The translations under genes were made by a program, and so were the position numbers. From positions 27,915,347 through 27,979,346 of the forward strand of contig NC_069004.1 of the NCBI RefSeq assembly GCF_001194135.2: a stretch of DNA of 64,000 nucleotides, read 5' to 3'. The stretch comes from Octopus bimaculoides. Taxonomy: Eukaryota. The notes beneath the pieces were generated by a model. The model was given only the letters and a program-made list of their open reading frames with translations, did no database searches and was not told the DNA's origin. The stretch's first letter is position 1, and each line of letters starts with the position of its first letter. Below are positions 24,795 through 38,314 of the stretch, in pieces.

Positions 24795-25170
24795 TGGCTG
24801 TCTTTCTTTAAATACTCTACTGCTCTATAACTTAGAGTGTGCTTCTTTCGGATTTATGATTTACTGACAATATGTATGTGTGTATATATATATATATATA
24901 TATTTCAAATTATATCTTCAGGTAACAATGTTACCTGCATATAATTAAGGTATCTTTGGCTGTGTGTGTGTGTGTGTGTGTGTGTTTTCATTGACTTCCA
25001 AGTGACATGATGATTTCACTAGCATGGGTGTCACGAAAGGGGGGGGGGATCACACAAAAATGCAATACACTCTGTAAAGTAATTCAGAGAAAGCATGGAG
25101 CTGTTCAGCTCGTAGCAAGCCAGTTAATCCATGCTACATAGAAAATGGACATTAAATGATATACATGTAT

Positions 25171-25218
<48 letters not shown>

Positions 25219-25269
25219 TACATACACATACATATATATACATACATACATACTCATATATATGTACAT

Positions 25270-25322
<53 letters not shown>

Positions 25323-25663
25323 CACACACACACACGTGCATAGTAAGAGAAAGAGAGACAGAGAGAGAGTAAGGCATAAACTCAAACACAAATACTTCTT
25401 TATTGACAAAACCATGTATATCAATATATGCATATGTATGATGTATGTGTGTGTGTGTATACACATATGCAAATAGAGGTTCATATGTACATGTGTGTGT
25501 TTATATACATACAAACATACATAATACCTGTATTTTGATGTCTACACAGAAGTATGATAAATGTGTACGTATATATATCTTATGTATTTTTGAACCATCA
25601 GTATATTCATACATGTATTACACACACACATATATATATATGTAAATGGGTGTGTATACATAA

Positions 25664-25709
<46 letters not shown>

Positions 25710-26242
25710 TCCTGAACTTAATTCCTACTGCATACATGGCTAAGAGTTTATATTGTCATGGATACATCAGTTATTTCAACTAGAGTCTCATAACTCAACC
25801 TTACAGCCTAGGTTACATTCTGATAGTTTATGCAGAGCAGGACACCTCATCATCCGAGTTCACTCTTCAGATGGTAATTATACACAAATAAATATGAAAT
25901 TAAATTATCTAATAATAATATAGATGTGGTTTTTATGTAAATTAATATTGATTATTTAAGCAGTCTCAAAGACTGAGATTCAGAAGTGGGGAGGTTGGGA
26001 GTTTAATAACATTCCATATATCTCTGAAGGGTGATAGTAATATAAGAGATGTAAAAATCTTTTGGAACTTGCAAATGTAAATTTGATTGCAGTCTATATT
26101 CATATGGACGTTTACCTCTACTCAATAGGACAGCATCACTAAGTAAAATTAAAATATTTGGAATTGCGCGCGCGCGCGTGTGTGTGTGTGTGTGTGTGTG
26201 CGTGTATGTGTAGATACACATTTATACATACATGTGTGTGTA

Positions 26243-26545
26243 TATCATCATCATCATCATCATTTAACATCCGCTTTCCATGCTAGCATGGGTTGGACGA
26301 TTTGACTGAGGACTGGTGAAACCAGATGGCTACACCCGGCTCCAATCTGATTTGGTAGAGTTTCTACAGCTGGATGCCCTTCCTAATGCCAACCACTCAG
26401 AGAGTGCTTTTACGTGCCACCAACACGAAGGCCAGTCAGGTGGTACTGGCAACAGCCATGCTCAAAATGGTGTATTTTACGTGCCACCTACACAGGAGCC
26501 AGTCCAGCAGCACTGGTAATGATCTCGCTCGAATGTCTTTACACG
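26243..26545 (-). mobile_element. SINE family C (5' part in gap)
   Basis: Very similar to 51350-51612. Confidence 0.85.
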
Positions 26546-28503
26546 NNNNNNNNNNNNNNNNNNNNNNNNNNNNNNNNNNNNNNNNNNNNNNNNNNNNNNN
26601 NNNNNNNNNNNNNNNNNNNNNNNNNNNNNNNNNNNNNNNNNNNNNNNNNNNNNNNNNNNNNNNNNNNNNNNNNNNNNNNNNNNNNNNNNNNNNNNNNNNN
26701 NNNNNNNNNNNNNNNNNNNNNNNNNNNNNNNNNNNNNNNNNNNNNNNNNNNNNNNNNNNNNNNNNNNNNNNNNNNNNNNNNNNNNNNNNNNNNNNNNNNN
26801 NNNNNNNNNNNNNNNNNNNNNNNNNNNNNNNNNNNAGGATTGCTTGTAGAAGTGTGCCCCCCCACATCAAATGTTGAAGTGATCTTACAGCCATATGAGA
26901 TGAAGTGTTTTGCTCAAAAACGCAACACATCATCCAACCTGGGAATCTAACCCATGATCTCACAATTGTGAGTGAAACATCCTAACTATGAGGTCATGCA
27001 TCCTCATTATTCATACATGTATAACTAAAGTTTTTACACTAATATAGTCATATATATTTTTAAAATTCTGTTGACAGTAACTTCTAAGCTTTTTCCAGTA
27101 GTTGGCTTTATCAATGAGTAATCTGGATTTTTATTCTACTTTGAAAGTGCAGAGCTATAGGATGTAAAGTTCATCTCGCATATAAACACAGTGGCACTTT
27201 TTTTTTTTTTTTTTTTTTTTTTTCTTTTTCCATTCTCCCCTGTGAGACGTGAAAATGACAGCTTTCCATACACTCACAAACTTCCATGCAGTTTCAACCT
27301 CCTGATTTCACTTATAAGACATTTGTTGGCCCAAGGCAATAGCAGCAGAAGACACTTGCCTAACACTCTGCACAGTGGGACTTAACCTGTTGACATGTTG
27401 ATTATTTTTGGTTGTGGTTTTATAAGAATTTAAAGAAAAGCAACAATATTTACTGGATGTAGGGCTTCAATACAAGGGACAAGTTGTCAAGCAAAACTTA
27501 AAGTCCCAGTTGAAATTAATTTTATAATGACATGTGGTTGTCTGTATATATCTATATAACTACATGTATCTAAGTGTATGTATATCTGTGTATGTGTGGC
27601 TGCACATGGCAGCTGATTAACTGCAGTACACTTCAAAAGTGTTACATTATATTCTGCTGCTGTGCAAATATCCTGATAATAGAATTACAGATTTATGACA
27701 ACAATGGAATTCTGCTCCAACATCTGAGACGATGCAGCTGTTGCTCATACAGACATCACATCCTAAATCATGTACCCCTCACTTTAACAAAAATACAGTA
27801 CCAAACTGATTGACATGCAGTTGGTCACCAATATCCCCAACTTGCTGGTCCACAAATGTAAAAATACTTTAGGAGAAGAAGCCTGTTGGAGAGACCATTT
27901 ATCCTGTTGTTAGTAATTAGATTTAATCTGTCAACTAACTTAAAAGCTGCCACCTGGTCCTCGAGTCATAGGATAACTTCTTCCTGTTGTGCTGACCAAG
28001 AACATGTAAGCAGGGGAAACAACCCCAGTGTTAGTTGTCTGGTTATTTCTGCTGTTCTCTAAGAGAGAAAAAGTGTGTGTATGTGTGTGTATATGAAATT
28101 GGTGCCTGGTTCAGCTCTCCAACTGGCCAGTTGCCATCAAATCGTCCAACCCATGCCAGCATAGAAAACATATGTTGAATGAGATAGGAGCTGGAGATGG
28201 TCAGCCAGAGTGCAGTCCAAACTCCAATTGTCTGTTTCAGCATAGTTTCTACAGCTGGATGCCCTTCCTAATGCCAACCACTTTACAGAGTGTGAGCCAT
28301 TTGGAAATGATATTAAGGAGAAATGAGTTGCTTGCATTGAAGCTCCAGTATTTCTTTTCTCTCCTTGCTTCTCTCCTTGTTTTTTTCTGCGTTCCTTTCT
28401 GTGGAAGAGCATAGGCTCAAAATGTTAAACTCGAGCGTTATACTAATACATCTATTTGTTTTCTGCACCACATGTCTTCGTCTGTTGTTTTTTTGCGAAT
28501 TCT

Positions 28504-28547
<44 letters not shown>

Positions 28548-29026
28548 ATATATATATATATACAACTGGTTTCCTTTTACCTAATCCACTCACAAGGTTT
28601 TGATCAGCTTTAGGCTATAATAGCTATAATAGAAGACACCTGCCCAAGGTGCCATGCAGTGGGACTGAACCCAGAACCACACAGCCATGCCCGCACTTTA
28701 TGTGGTTATGACTTTAGTGCATATATAATAACATATTTTCTCAACTGCTATATTTTGTGTATGTGTGTGGTTGCTGTGTATGCCCAGGTTAACTCTCAGA
28801 TTGATCGGGCCAATGATCGAAGACATAACAGCTTCGAGTATAGTGGCTATTTTTTTCCAGACGTAGTGTACCTAGGACTAATTTATCTGTCTCTTCTTTT
28901 TGAAACAGCAGGGTATGATTTGAGAGTATATTTGGCTGTTATTTCCAGTTAGGTGAACAACTACATACAGGCAGAATTATTAGTTGAGTCATGCATTCAT
29001 GTGTACTTTTGTATACTTGTTTTATA

Positions 29027-29136
<110 letters not shown>

Positions 29137-29541
29137 ATGTCGATGTATAGGTGTTGTGTAGTTTGTAAATATACATGTATTATGTAGGGATGTATGTGTT
29201 ACGGAGATATGTATGCTTTATGTAGATGTGTACGTGACAGAAAGTTAGGCGTATACTGATATTCAATATTATGTTACTGTTTTTATGCCTGTCAAAAATG
29301 AAACATTGTATTTATTATATTGGAAATATAGATTTATTTCAATTTGAAATATTCTTTATTATTAAGTTCAATTTAAACTGAATATTTCCCAATCCCCATA
29401 TTACCGTGTATGTATATTAACCTTTTAATTATTTTATTTCAATTAGAATATGCTTGACTAGATACAGTAGTTGAGTAATTGCATATGTGTATAGAAACGT
29501 GTGTCTGTGGTCAGCGGCATTGTTGGAGAAAGTATTCTATA

Positions 29542-29574
<33 letters not shown>

Positions 29575-29576
<2 letters not shown>

Positions 29577-29768
29577 TTCAAATTTTTGCCACAAAGGCAA
29601 CTTGGGAGAGGTTGGGGATGAGTTTATTACATCAACCCCAGTGCATAACTGGTATTTATTTCATTGACTCCGAAGGGATGAAGGGCAAAGTTGACCTCAG
29701 CAGAATTTGAACTCAGAACGTAGTGACAGGCAAAATACCACTAAGCATTCTGCCAGCTCGCCACCTTA
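29575..29768 (-). mobile_element. SINE family B within (AAT)n
   Basis: 'gggatgaagggcaaagttgacctcagcagaatttgaactcagaacg..ctgccagctcgccacctt'. Confidence 0.7.
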
Positions 29769-30574
29769 GTTATAATAATAATAATAATAATTAGTTTAGC
29801 CTATCATGCTGGAGCAACACCTTTGAATAATTATCAAAAACTCTCTCTCTCTCTCTCTCTCACTGTATGCACAAGTGTTTGTTATATTGCATTATATATT
29901 TATAATGTGCTGTAAATAACTAAAAGCAACTATTCCTTAAGCTGTCTTCAGTGGAACTTAAGTGTCACAGTCATTATTTTAAAAATACTAACAGGTAAGA
30001 AGCTTGCTTCCCAACTACTTGGTCCTGGGTTCAGTCCCACTGCGTGCCGCCTTGGCTAGGCGTCTTCTATAGCCTCAGGCCAACCAGGGGTCTTGTGAGT
30101 GGATTTGGACCTTTCTGCTCTCCTCCTCGTGACAAATAGCCATGCTTTAAATGTTACACCACCCCTCTTTTTTCCCCATCTTAAACTGCGTGTTCTATTT
30201 ACTTTTGTTGTTTAGTTTTTATTTTACCTATGTGTGTGTGTGTGTGTGTGCATGTGATTAAAACTGATGCACAATGCCAGAACTTTCGACTCAAGTCATA
30301 AAAATAGCAAAACTGAGGACAGTCTTGCATAAGACAAATATTTCCTATTATATATTACGCTATGATCTGAAATGTACATATGAAATGCTTTCAAAACGTT
30401 GTTTGGTTTCACTTCATTATTATTGCTTATATATATATAATACAAAAAATATATATGCATGTATACACACATATATATATATACTTTCATCTACATGTGT
30501 ATATAGATGCATATCAGGGTACAGGATGTTAGAACAATGANNNNNNNNNNATGCATATCAGGGTACAGGATGTT

Positions 30575-30850
30575 AGAACAATGAACTACAGACAACGGAA
30601 CGAACACATAGGAAAACAGAAAGCCACTTGGAATTATTCATCAGCTGCCTCTATTCTAACTCGGCGTTTCGAAGATAAGGCAGGATGTACTCTAGAATAG
30701 TCTCTTCCTGAGTAGTGGATCAACCAACTGAACAGAGGATTCCAAGGTGGCAAACGTAAACCAAGACAGGAAAAATTGGACAGTGAAAACAACATAAAAA
30801 AGCCGTACGGCGAAACGCGAATCTGATGTAGAACGCTAGTAGTTCGTCTT
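30575..30850. mobile_element. Penelope-like repeat fragment (tentative)
   Basis: CpG-rich non-SINE insert ending in (AT)n; carries 'gcgtttcg', 'cgaaacgcg' and 'tcatcag' words typical of PLE terminal repeats (recalled). Confidence 0.35.
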
Positions 30851-31050
30851 GCCTTCACATATATATATATATAAATAACCAACTTTGTCTTAAAACAAAT
30901 TTTGTGGTCTAGCAACTGCATGACAAAAATGTTAACCTAGTTGGGTCTTATTCAACTTCTTGGAGTCAGGAACACGTATGATCATCAATCATTTTGTTTC
31001 TATATTTGTAAATAACAGGAATAAATCATGTAACTTCACCTATATATATG

Positions 31051-31089
<39 letters not shown>

Positions 31090-31254
31090 GTGTGTGCGTG
31101 TGTGTACATGTATGCATGAGCAAAGTTTCACAACTTACTGTTACGTATATGAATAAATTTATTACTTCATATACCTCATGATCACCTGTGTCGTTTTTTC
31201 CTTGCGCCACTCTTTGTATGTATGTATGTGTGTGTGTGTGTGTGTGTGTGTATC

Positions 31255-31445
31255 ATCAACATTTTCTTAATTATCTTCATTTAACCTCCATATTGCCATG
31301 TTAACATGCGTTAGATACATCTGAAGCTTGACATGTCATCGATCTTGTTGATGCTGTGTCATCTCATCTTTCAAGTCCAGTGTTTTCTAATTAAATCTCT
31401 CCACATCTCTTTCCAGCTGTTCCCTTTTAGGACACCCACCTCTGC
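31255..31445 (-). pseudogene. RTE LINE extreme 3' relic
   Basis: Minus strand reads 'GGCP..', 'KTLDLKDEMT', 'THVNM..RLNED', the same C-terminus and tail as 20540-20640. Confidence 0.45.
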
Positions 31446-31482
31446 TTCCTTTTTTCTTACATATGTATATAAATGTATGTAG

Positions 31483-31527
<45 letters not shown>

Positions 31528-33412
31528 TTACACACATACTTCATGCTTATATACATATACACATGTACATGCTTATTTGCACACACACAGACACACACAC
31601 ACATGCATACTCACATGCTGATGATATTTATATATACATATGCATGTGTATATCTATATTTCTCGAGACATACATGCATTTACACACCCTCGTGTATAAA
31701 TGTGTATATATAAGCGTGAGGGTCTTTGTGTATGCATGCATGTATGTGTGTTTTATTAACAGTTAAAAATATATTTAGTTGACGCAGCTCTCACATTACT
31801 CAAACAACTGCCTACTTCATCATAGGACCACAGTTAAAGTCTGACATGAATATAAGCTGGGCAGTTATCTTAATCTATTAAAATTTCAGTAATTTGGGGC
31901 TGAGTCAACTTATATACACTTTCTACTCTCACAACACAAGTTATATTTTCTGTTCATTGTCTGTGTGTGTGCTTATGTCTGTGTGCATGTTAGCATATCT
32001 AAAGGCACTAAAAGACGATATGCATGTTATTTTCCATTTCCATATTCTAATAAATATCCTATGGAACACGCATACCTGACAATTCATATTATCAACTCTT
32101 GGTTTACGCCCTGCTCTTGAGATTATTGAAAGAACAGTGTTCTGGGCTATTATCCAAAGTACTTTTTTTTCCTCATTGTCATAGGAGAAAATGGACTAAT
32201 AAATAAAGTTTAGCAGAAGATGGTTAACCAATAAATATTCATTAATTTTAATGTGTGAATTCCTACAAAATCATGCCATTTTGGCGTGGATAACTTAAAC
32301 CTAGTTGCAATGCAGGAACAGGAAATGAAATGCTAACCTCTGTGTTGAGGTTGTTTCATACTCTATAAATTCCGGAACCAATGCTCTCACCATTATATAT
32401 CATGCATAAACACTTCAATTATCATCACTGTTTTATGTGTGTTTTTTTTTTTTCTACAATGGGTAGGAGGACTGTGTCTTGCCACTTATTGCGACACTTC
32501 AAGACACGTGACAGCAGAGAAAACAGATCCTCAGACAGCACTTGTGTGCCGTAACTATTTGTGTGTATGTGTATATTAATATGTATGTATGTGTGTGTGT
32601 GTGTGTCTATATGTGTATGTATGTAGGCATGTAAGTAGGTAGATAGCTTACTTGCTCTTATTCCAATTATAGCACAATAAATATATTTAACACTTTACAA
32701 ACACATATTCTCCATCTTACATCTTTCCCCCTATCCCTCTCATTCTCTCTCTTTCTCTCTCTCTCTCTCTCACACATTCAAATGCTCGCGCACACATGTA
32801 TATACACAAATACACATTCAAACGCATGCGTGCACACACACACACACTTAGTACTTTCAAACACACACAACAGTTGTTTTTAAAGCAACACGCTGTGTTC
32901 CATGTGCACATAAAGATGTGATTATTAAGATTTATTCTTTTTTTACTTCTTACTAGTTATTTCCCTTAGTGTAACTGTATCACTGCCAGTTGAGCTTTCA
33001 TAAGAAAAGTGTTTGACGTCTTAAAGAAAATGGATTGTTTTTGAAGTAAAAACTAATGTATAAATCGATGAATGAAATAAACATAAACAGGCAGGCTGTA
33101 GATTATAAGTAATGTCACTTACTATAGTGGTATGTGCAAGTGCATGTCAGGACAAATACATTACATTACTCAGGGAAGCATATGATGACAATTGTTATTG
33201 TTTTATCTCTTTCTGATTTCCATTTCTACATTTCTCTATGAGTGTAGTGTAATGTAATGTAGTGTTATGTATGTGTGTATGTAAGCATATACATGTGTGT
33301 ACGTGTGTATCTGTGATCAAACATATGTTCACATGTGTGTGTATATATATATATAATATATGTATGTATGAATATGCATATGTACATGCATGTATTAATA
33401 CATACATTTATA

Positions 33413-33536
33413 TGGGGTGTCCACAAAGTCTGGGTACATGGGGATTAACACATACTTTAAGAAATTATTTCTTATATTTAATTGTTTATGTTATGATTTT
33501 ATTTACTCCATGTACCCAGACTTTGTGGACACCCTG
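33413..33536. mobile_element. Tc1/mariner-type MITE (124 bp)
   Basis: TA TSD (33411-33412, 33537-33538); TIR of about 30 bp 'ggggtgtccacaaagtctgggtacatgg' / 'ccatgtacccagactttgtggacaccctg'. Confidence 0.85.
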
Positions 33537-33540
33537 TATA

Positions 33541-33890
33541 TAGGCATGACTATGTGGTAAGAAGCTTGCTTACCAATTACATGGCTTTGGGTTTGGTCCC
33601 ACTGCGTGGCACCTTGGGCAAGTGTCTTTTACTATAGCCTTGTGAGTGGATTTGGTAGACAAAAACTGAAATATACATATATTTGTGTGTGTGTTTGTTC
33701 CTCCACCATTGCTTAACAACTGATGATCATGTGTTTTACATCCCTGTAACTTAGCAGTTCAGCAAAAGAGACTGATAAAATAAGTACTAGGCGTACAAAG
33801 AATAAGTCCTGGGGTCGATTTCTTTGACTAAAAACCCTTTAAGACAGTGCTCCAACATGGCTACAATCAAATGATTGAAACAAGTAATAT
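33541..33890 (+). mobile_element. SINE family A
   Basis: Head, short linker and tail all present. Confidence 0.75.
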
Positions 33891-33974
33891 ANNNNNNNNN
33901 NNNNNNNNNNNNNNNNNNNNNNNNNNNNNNNNNNNNNNNNNNNNNNNNNNNNNNNNNNNNNNNNNNNNNATATA

Positions 33975-34860
33975 TACTAGCAGGAGTACCCAGCATTGCT
34001 CAGGTATTAAATACTTGGCAATGGTCTTAATAGGTTCTACCATTTTTTTCATTGTACATCTCTCTGAATATTTTTTGCATTAAGTTGCAAACATTGGCAT
34101 TGAGGAAGAAGTGATTTTTCCCAATTGGCATTTATTAGTTGAACAACCAAATGCCAGAGGAAGTGCTCGAAGTTCGGGTAATGGTGGTGAAGGGAAATGT
34201 TTACAAATCGTACAGTCTTGACATCAGAGGCATTTTATCCTATTAGGTTGGTATTGAGAGGATATTGTCTAATTATGGGGGGGGATTGGTGTAAACGGCG
34301 CAAACTAAGTGCCATTAGTCATTTTCGCACATGGAGGAGTTAGTGAGAGTGGAATGTTGACCTAGGCCTAGCCCTCTGCAAAAAGGTGAAGCTGTTGCAG
34401 TTTTCCGTAGAACCCAGATGCACAGGGACAAAGAAGAAATAATCTCCAGGAATGACACACCACAGCAGTTCTTTGCAATAAAAGCAAAAAAAATAATAAA
34501 ATTGGGTGTTCCTTGAAACAGCTTTCTTGGGTGTAACTCTGCAAAAATGCTAAAAGGTGATGCTTCACAGTATTTCATATTTCTGTCACAAGTTAAATAA
34601 AGAATATTAACCAAAAATAGTTTTAAACCATTGTTGAGTCATTTGTACTGTTCATGTGAGATTTGGATGAATTTGGTCAAGAATGAGGGATTTAAGGGCA
34701 ACTCAGTTTTTCACAATTGTTGGTCATACACAGATGAATTCTGTGAAAATTGGAGTCTCCTAATGTTATCCTTAGGATGAGTAAATAGTGTGTAGAGTTT
34801 GAATGCAATCCACCAAAGCAGTGAGAAGTGTTTGAAGATTTAAAGGAGAAATAAAATGGA
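33975..34860 (+). mobile_element. Helentron-associated non-autonomous element (HINE/DINE-like), tentative
   Basis: Starts 'tactagcaggagtacccagcattgctcagg' (decayed form of the recalled ACTAG..CCCGGCGTTGCCCGGG end) after (TA)n; distal 'gtgtgtagagtttgaatgcaatcc' block; far terminus not clear. Confidence 0.45.
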
Positions 34861-36343
34861 TTCAACAAAGTTCAACAAAAGAAAACGATAGAATAAGTAC
34901 TAGGCTTACAAGAATAAGTCCCGGGGTTGATTTTGTTCGACTAAAGGCGGTGCTCCAGCATGGCCACAGTCAAATTACTGAAACAAATAAAAGAATATAT
35001 ATAGGTGCAGGATTGGCTGTGTAGTTAAGAAGTTAATTTGCTAATAATGTGGTTTTCAGTTCAGTCCCAAAGTGTGGAACTTTGGGCATATATCTTCTAT
35101 TATATCCTGGGGCTAACTGAAGCCATGGTAATGAATTTGGTAGATGGAAACTGAAAGAAGCCAATTGTCTTGATATTATGTGATAGTTGTTGTAAATGAG
35201 TATCATAGTCCCACAAGCAGAGACATGTCTGGTTATGGGGGAAATATTATCTTGCATGGAAACAAGTAAGGGTTGCTGACAGGAAGAGCATCCAGCCATT
35301 GAAAATCTGCCTTAAGAAAGTCTATCTCACTCTTGCAGGCCTGGAAAAGTAAACATTAAGATGATGATGATGATGATGATATATGTATAGGTATATTCAT
35401 GTTTGTGTGTATACACACGTGTCTACATATACATTAGTATGAATATTTATGTATATGTGTTTGTATATATGCATGTATGTATATATTTGTGTGTTTATAT
35501 ATATGTACACACACATGCACATATATGTATATCTGCATATATGTGTGTATGTGTGTGTTTGTTTATATGTACACATATACATATATCTGCATGTGTGTGT
35601 GTATACTACACATGCTATTGTCTTTGTTGTGCATACCACCCATCCTGTCGAGTTATTTTCTCGTAGCTCTCTTCATCCTAAACCTGTGCGTACGTGTGCG
35701 CGTATCTCTGTCTCTCTCTCACACAAGTCACTTTTGTGCCTTATAAAACTACACGCACTCGTACACATTGTCATCAACATCATCCTCATCATTTTTCCAT
35801 CCACTTTTTCAATGCTGACATCATTTTGCATCAGACTCTTCAGGGAGTTATTCTGTGATCAGATGATGTCCGTCTTCATGCCAAACCTTTCTTTTATTCA
35901 AACCATGTATTTAGACATACGAGTGTGTCTGTAATTTTAACTCTAACAATTAAGTGTATGTAAAGGCAAATATAATGCAGGCCCACCACAACATGAGGTG
36001 TAGATTGATAGCATACATTTGTTAAGTTTGATGTTTTAGCGAAGAGCTTTAGTCATTCACTTAGCAATATTCTAAACAGATAACAAAGCCCTGTAAAATC
36101 AGATACTTAACATGACTAGGATATCAATGGTAGGTACTACAGCATGTGCCTTGCTGTATTTTATGCACAATTATTCATTGTTCATAGTTCAAATTCCACC
36201 AAGTACCACTTAAACACAAGCGAACAAAGAAGCTTTTGTATGTACACATGACCTGCTAAAAGCAGTAGTCAAATCTGTCTCTCTCAAATCACTCTTAACT
36301 GTCTTTGGATAAGAATTGAAAGATAAACTCTAGGCGGAACGGA

Positions 36344-36635
36344 TTGTGCTACTCAAAGTGGTGGTCCACGGACTGGTACCAGTCCACAAGCCGTCAGCTG
36401 CCGTTACACGGCGAGTTTCCAGAAAAGAAAGAAACATAAAATGCTTATGTAATATTGTATTATTTGTTTACAAAATAATTATTAGACAAAAAAAATTGTC
36501 AACTTTTATTATAATTATTATATATATTGTTTCTGTTATAAATTAAGATTACTAAGAAATATTACTGGTCCCTGGCACATTGTAAAAAAAAGAAAAACTA
36601 CCAGTATGCCACATCAGATCGTTTGAGAAGCACTG
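36344..36635. mobile_element. hAT/Charlie-like MITE
   Basis: TIR '(..)gtgctactcaaa' / 'tttgagaagcactg'; subterminal 'gtggtccacggactggtaccagtccac'; 8-bp TSD not recovered. Confidence 0.55.
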
Positions 36636-37176
36636 GTCTTAGATCATTGGTCTGTTTGTTTAGTGCTGTCCTGGGGCTAACAACAACAACTGCCTCTCCA
36701 TTGTACAATGGGAGTTTTGTACAATCAACTAAGCTCCCATTCTTCCTGCAAGCATTTGAGTGTATTGAAGAATATCAGGTTTTCCTTCATTTGAAAAATA
36801 ATCTCCTTTCATTCATTTTTTTTTTTTTTTGCATGGGAGGTGTGGTTATATTCTTCTATTTTTTTTTAATTATTAATTCTTTTCATTTCATTTTTATTCT
36901 TTTTTTTTCATCCCCCACCCCACTTGCCATCAGCCTTCATCTTCTGCATCTTCAATTTCATCTATTGAATGTCTTTTTTTTTCTATGATTAAAATGCTTC
37001 AGCATTTTATTTTATTTTATTTTTTTGTTTTTTCATCACTTTTTTGGTTATTATTCATTATATTTTATTTTTTTTTATTGAATAGGAATTGTTTTTCTTG
37101 TTATTGTAGTTTATATTCTATTATGTTTATGAGCTGGAAGCAATAGGAGACTGTTGATTCACTGGACATGTGTAGT

Positions 37177-37577
37177 AGGCGTAGGAATGGCTGTGTGGTA
37201 AGTAGCTTGCTTACCAACCACATGGTCCTGGGTTCAGTCCCACTGCGTGGCATCTTGGGCAAGTGTCTTCTACTATAGTCTCGGGCCGACCAAAGCCTTG
37301 TGAGTGGATTTGGTAGACGCAAACTGAAAGAAGCCTATCGTATATATGTATATATATATATGTATGTGTTTGTATGTCTGTGTTTGTCCCCCCAACATCG
37401 CTTGACAACCGATGCTGGTGTGTTTATGTTCCCATAACTTAGTGGTTCGGCAAAAGAGACCGATAAAATAAATACTAGGCTTCCAAAAAATAAGTCCTGG
37501 GGTCGATTTGCTCGACTAAAGGCAGTGCTCCAGCATGGCCACAGTCAAAAGACTGAAACAAGTAAAAGAGTAAAAGA
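37177..37577 (+). mobile_element. SINE family A, full length (reference copy used here)
   Basis: A-box-like tggctgtgtggt, B-box-like ggttcagtccc, linker and '(gtaaaa)' tail. Confidence 0.9.
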
Positions 37578-37922
37578 TTATTCAACTTTGAAAACATTGG
37601 TTGCTGTCCATCATCATCATCATCATTAGCCCACTTCTCCATAACTTCTATGGGTCAGGCAGCATTTATTGAGGCCAGTTTTCTGTGGCTGGATGCCCTT
37701 CCTGTTGCCTACCCTCACCTGTTTCATAGCAAGGTATCATTTCCTCCCATGGCCAGACATGTATTTGTTGAATATTGGAAATAAATGAAACTTCTTTTAT
37801 AACAATAATGCTCATTTACAACTATCACACAATGCTAAGACAAGGACACACAAACATACACACTCTCGCATGCATGTACACACACACAAACACACACATG
37901 CATTCCTACATACATACATACA

Positions 37923-37954
<32 letters not shown>

Positions 37955-38050
37955 ACTGGCTTCTTTTGGTTTCCATCTCACAAATTGACCGGTTAGGTTT
38001 GTAGAAGGAGACACTTGCCCAAAGTGCTAAACAGTGGGACTGAACCTGAA

Positions 38051-38314
38051 ACCACACAGCCATAACTTGACCACACAGCCATAGCTTGACCACACAGCCA
38101 TAACTTGATCACACAGTCATAGCTTGACCACACAGCCATAGCTTGACCACAGCCATAGCTTGACCACACAGCCATAACTTGACCACACAGCCATAGCTTG
38201 ACCACACAACCATAGCTTGACCACACAGCCATAACTTGACCACACAGCCATAGCTTGACCACACAGTCATAACTTGACCACACAGTCATAGCTTGACCAC
38301 ACAGCCATAGCTTG
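38051..38314. repeat. 19-bp minisatellite, 14 copies (accacacagccatarcttg), derived from a SINE A head
   Basis: Units counted by hand (one is 17 bp); directly continues a minus-strand SINE head at about 37935-38050. Confidence 0.95.

Noticed and set aside
31107-31125. 14-nt match to miR-87 (tgagcaaagtttca); also a miR-2-like 'tatcacagcc' near 63254
   Set aside because: Matches break off and there is no precursor hairpin.
38051-38314. CRISPR-like appearance of this array and of 11230-11915
   Set aside because: No unique spacers, no cas genes, eukaryotic context; units derive from SINEs.
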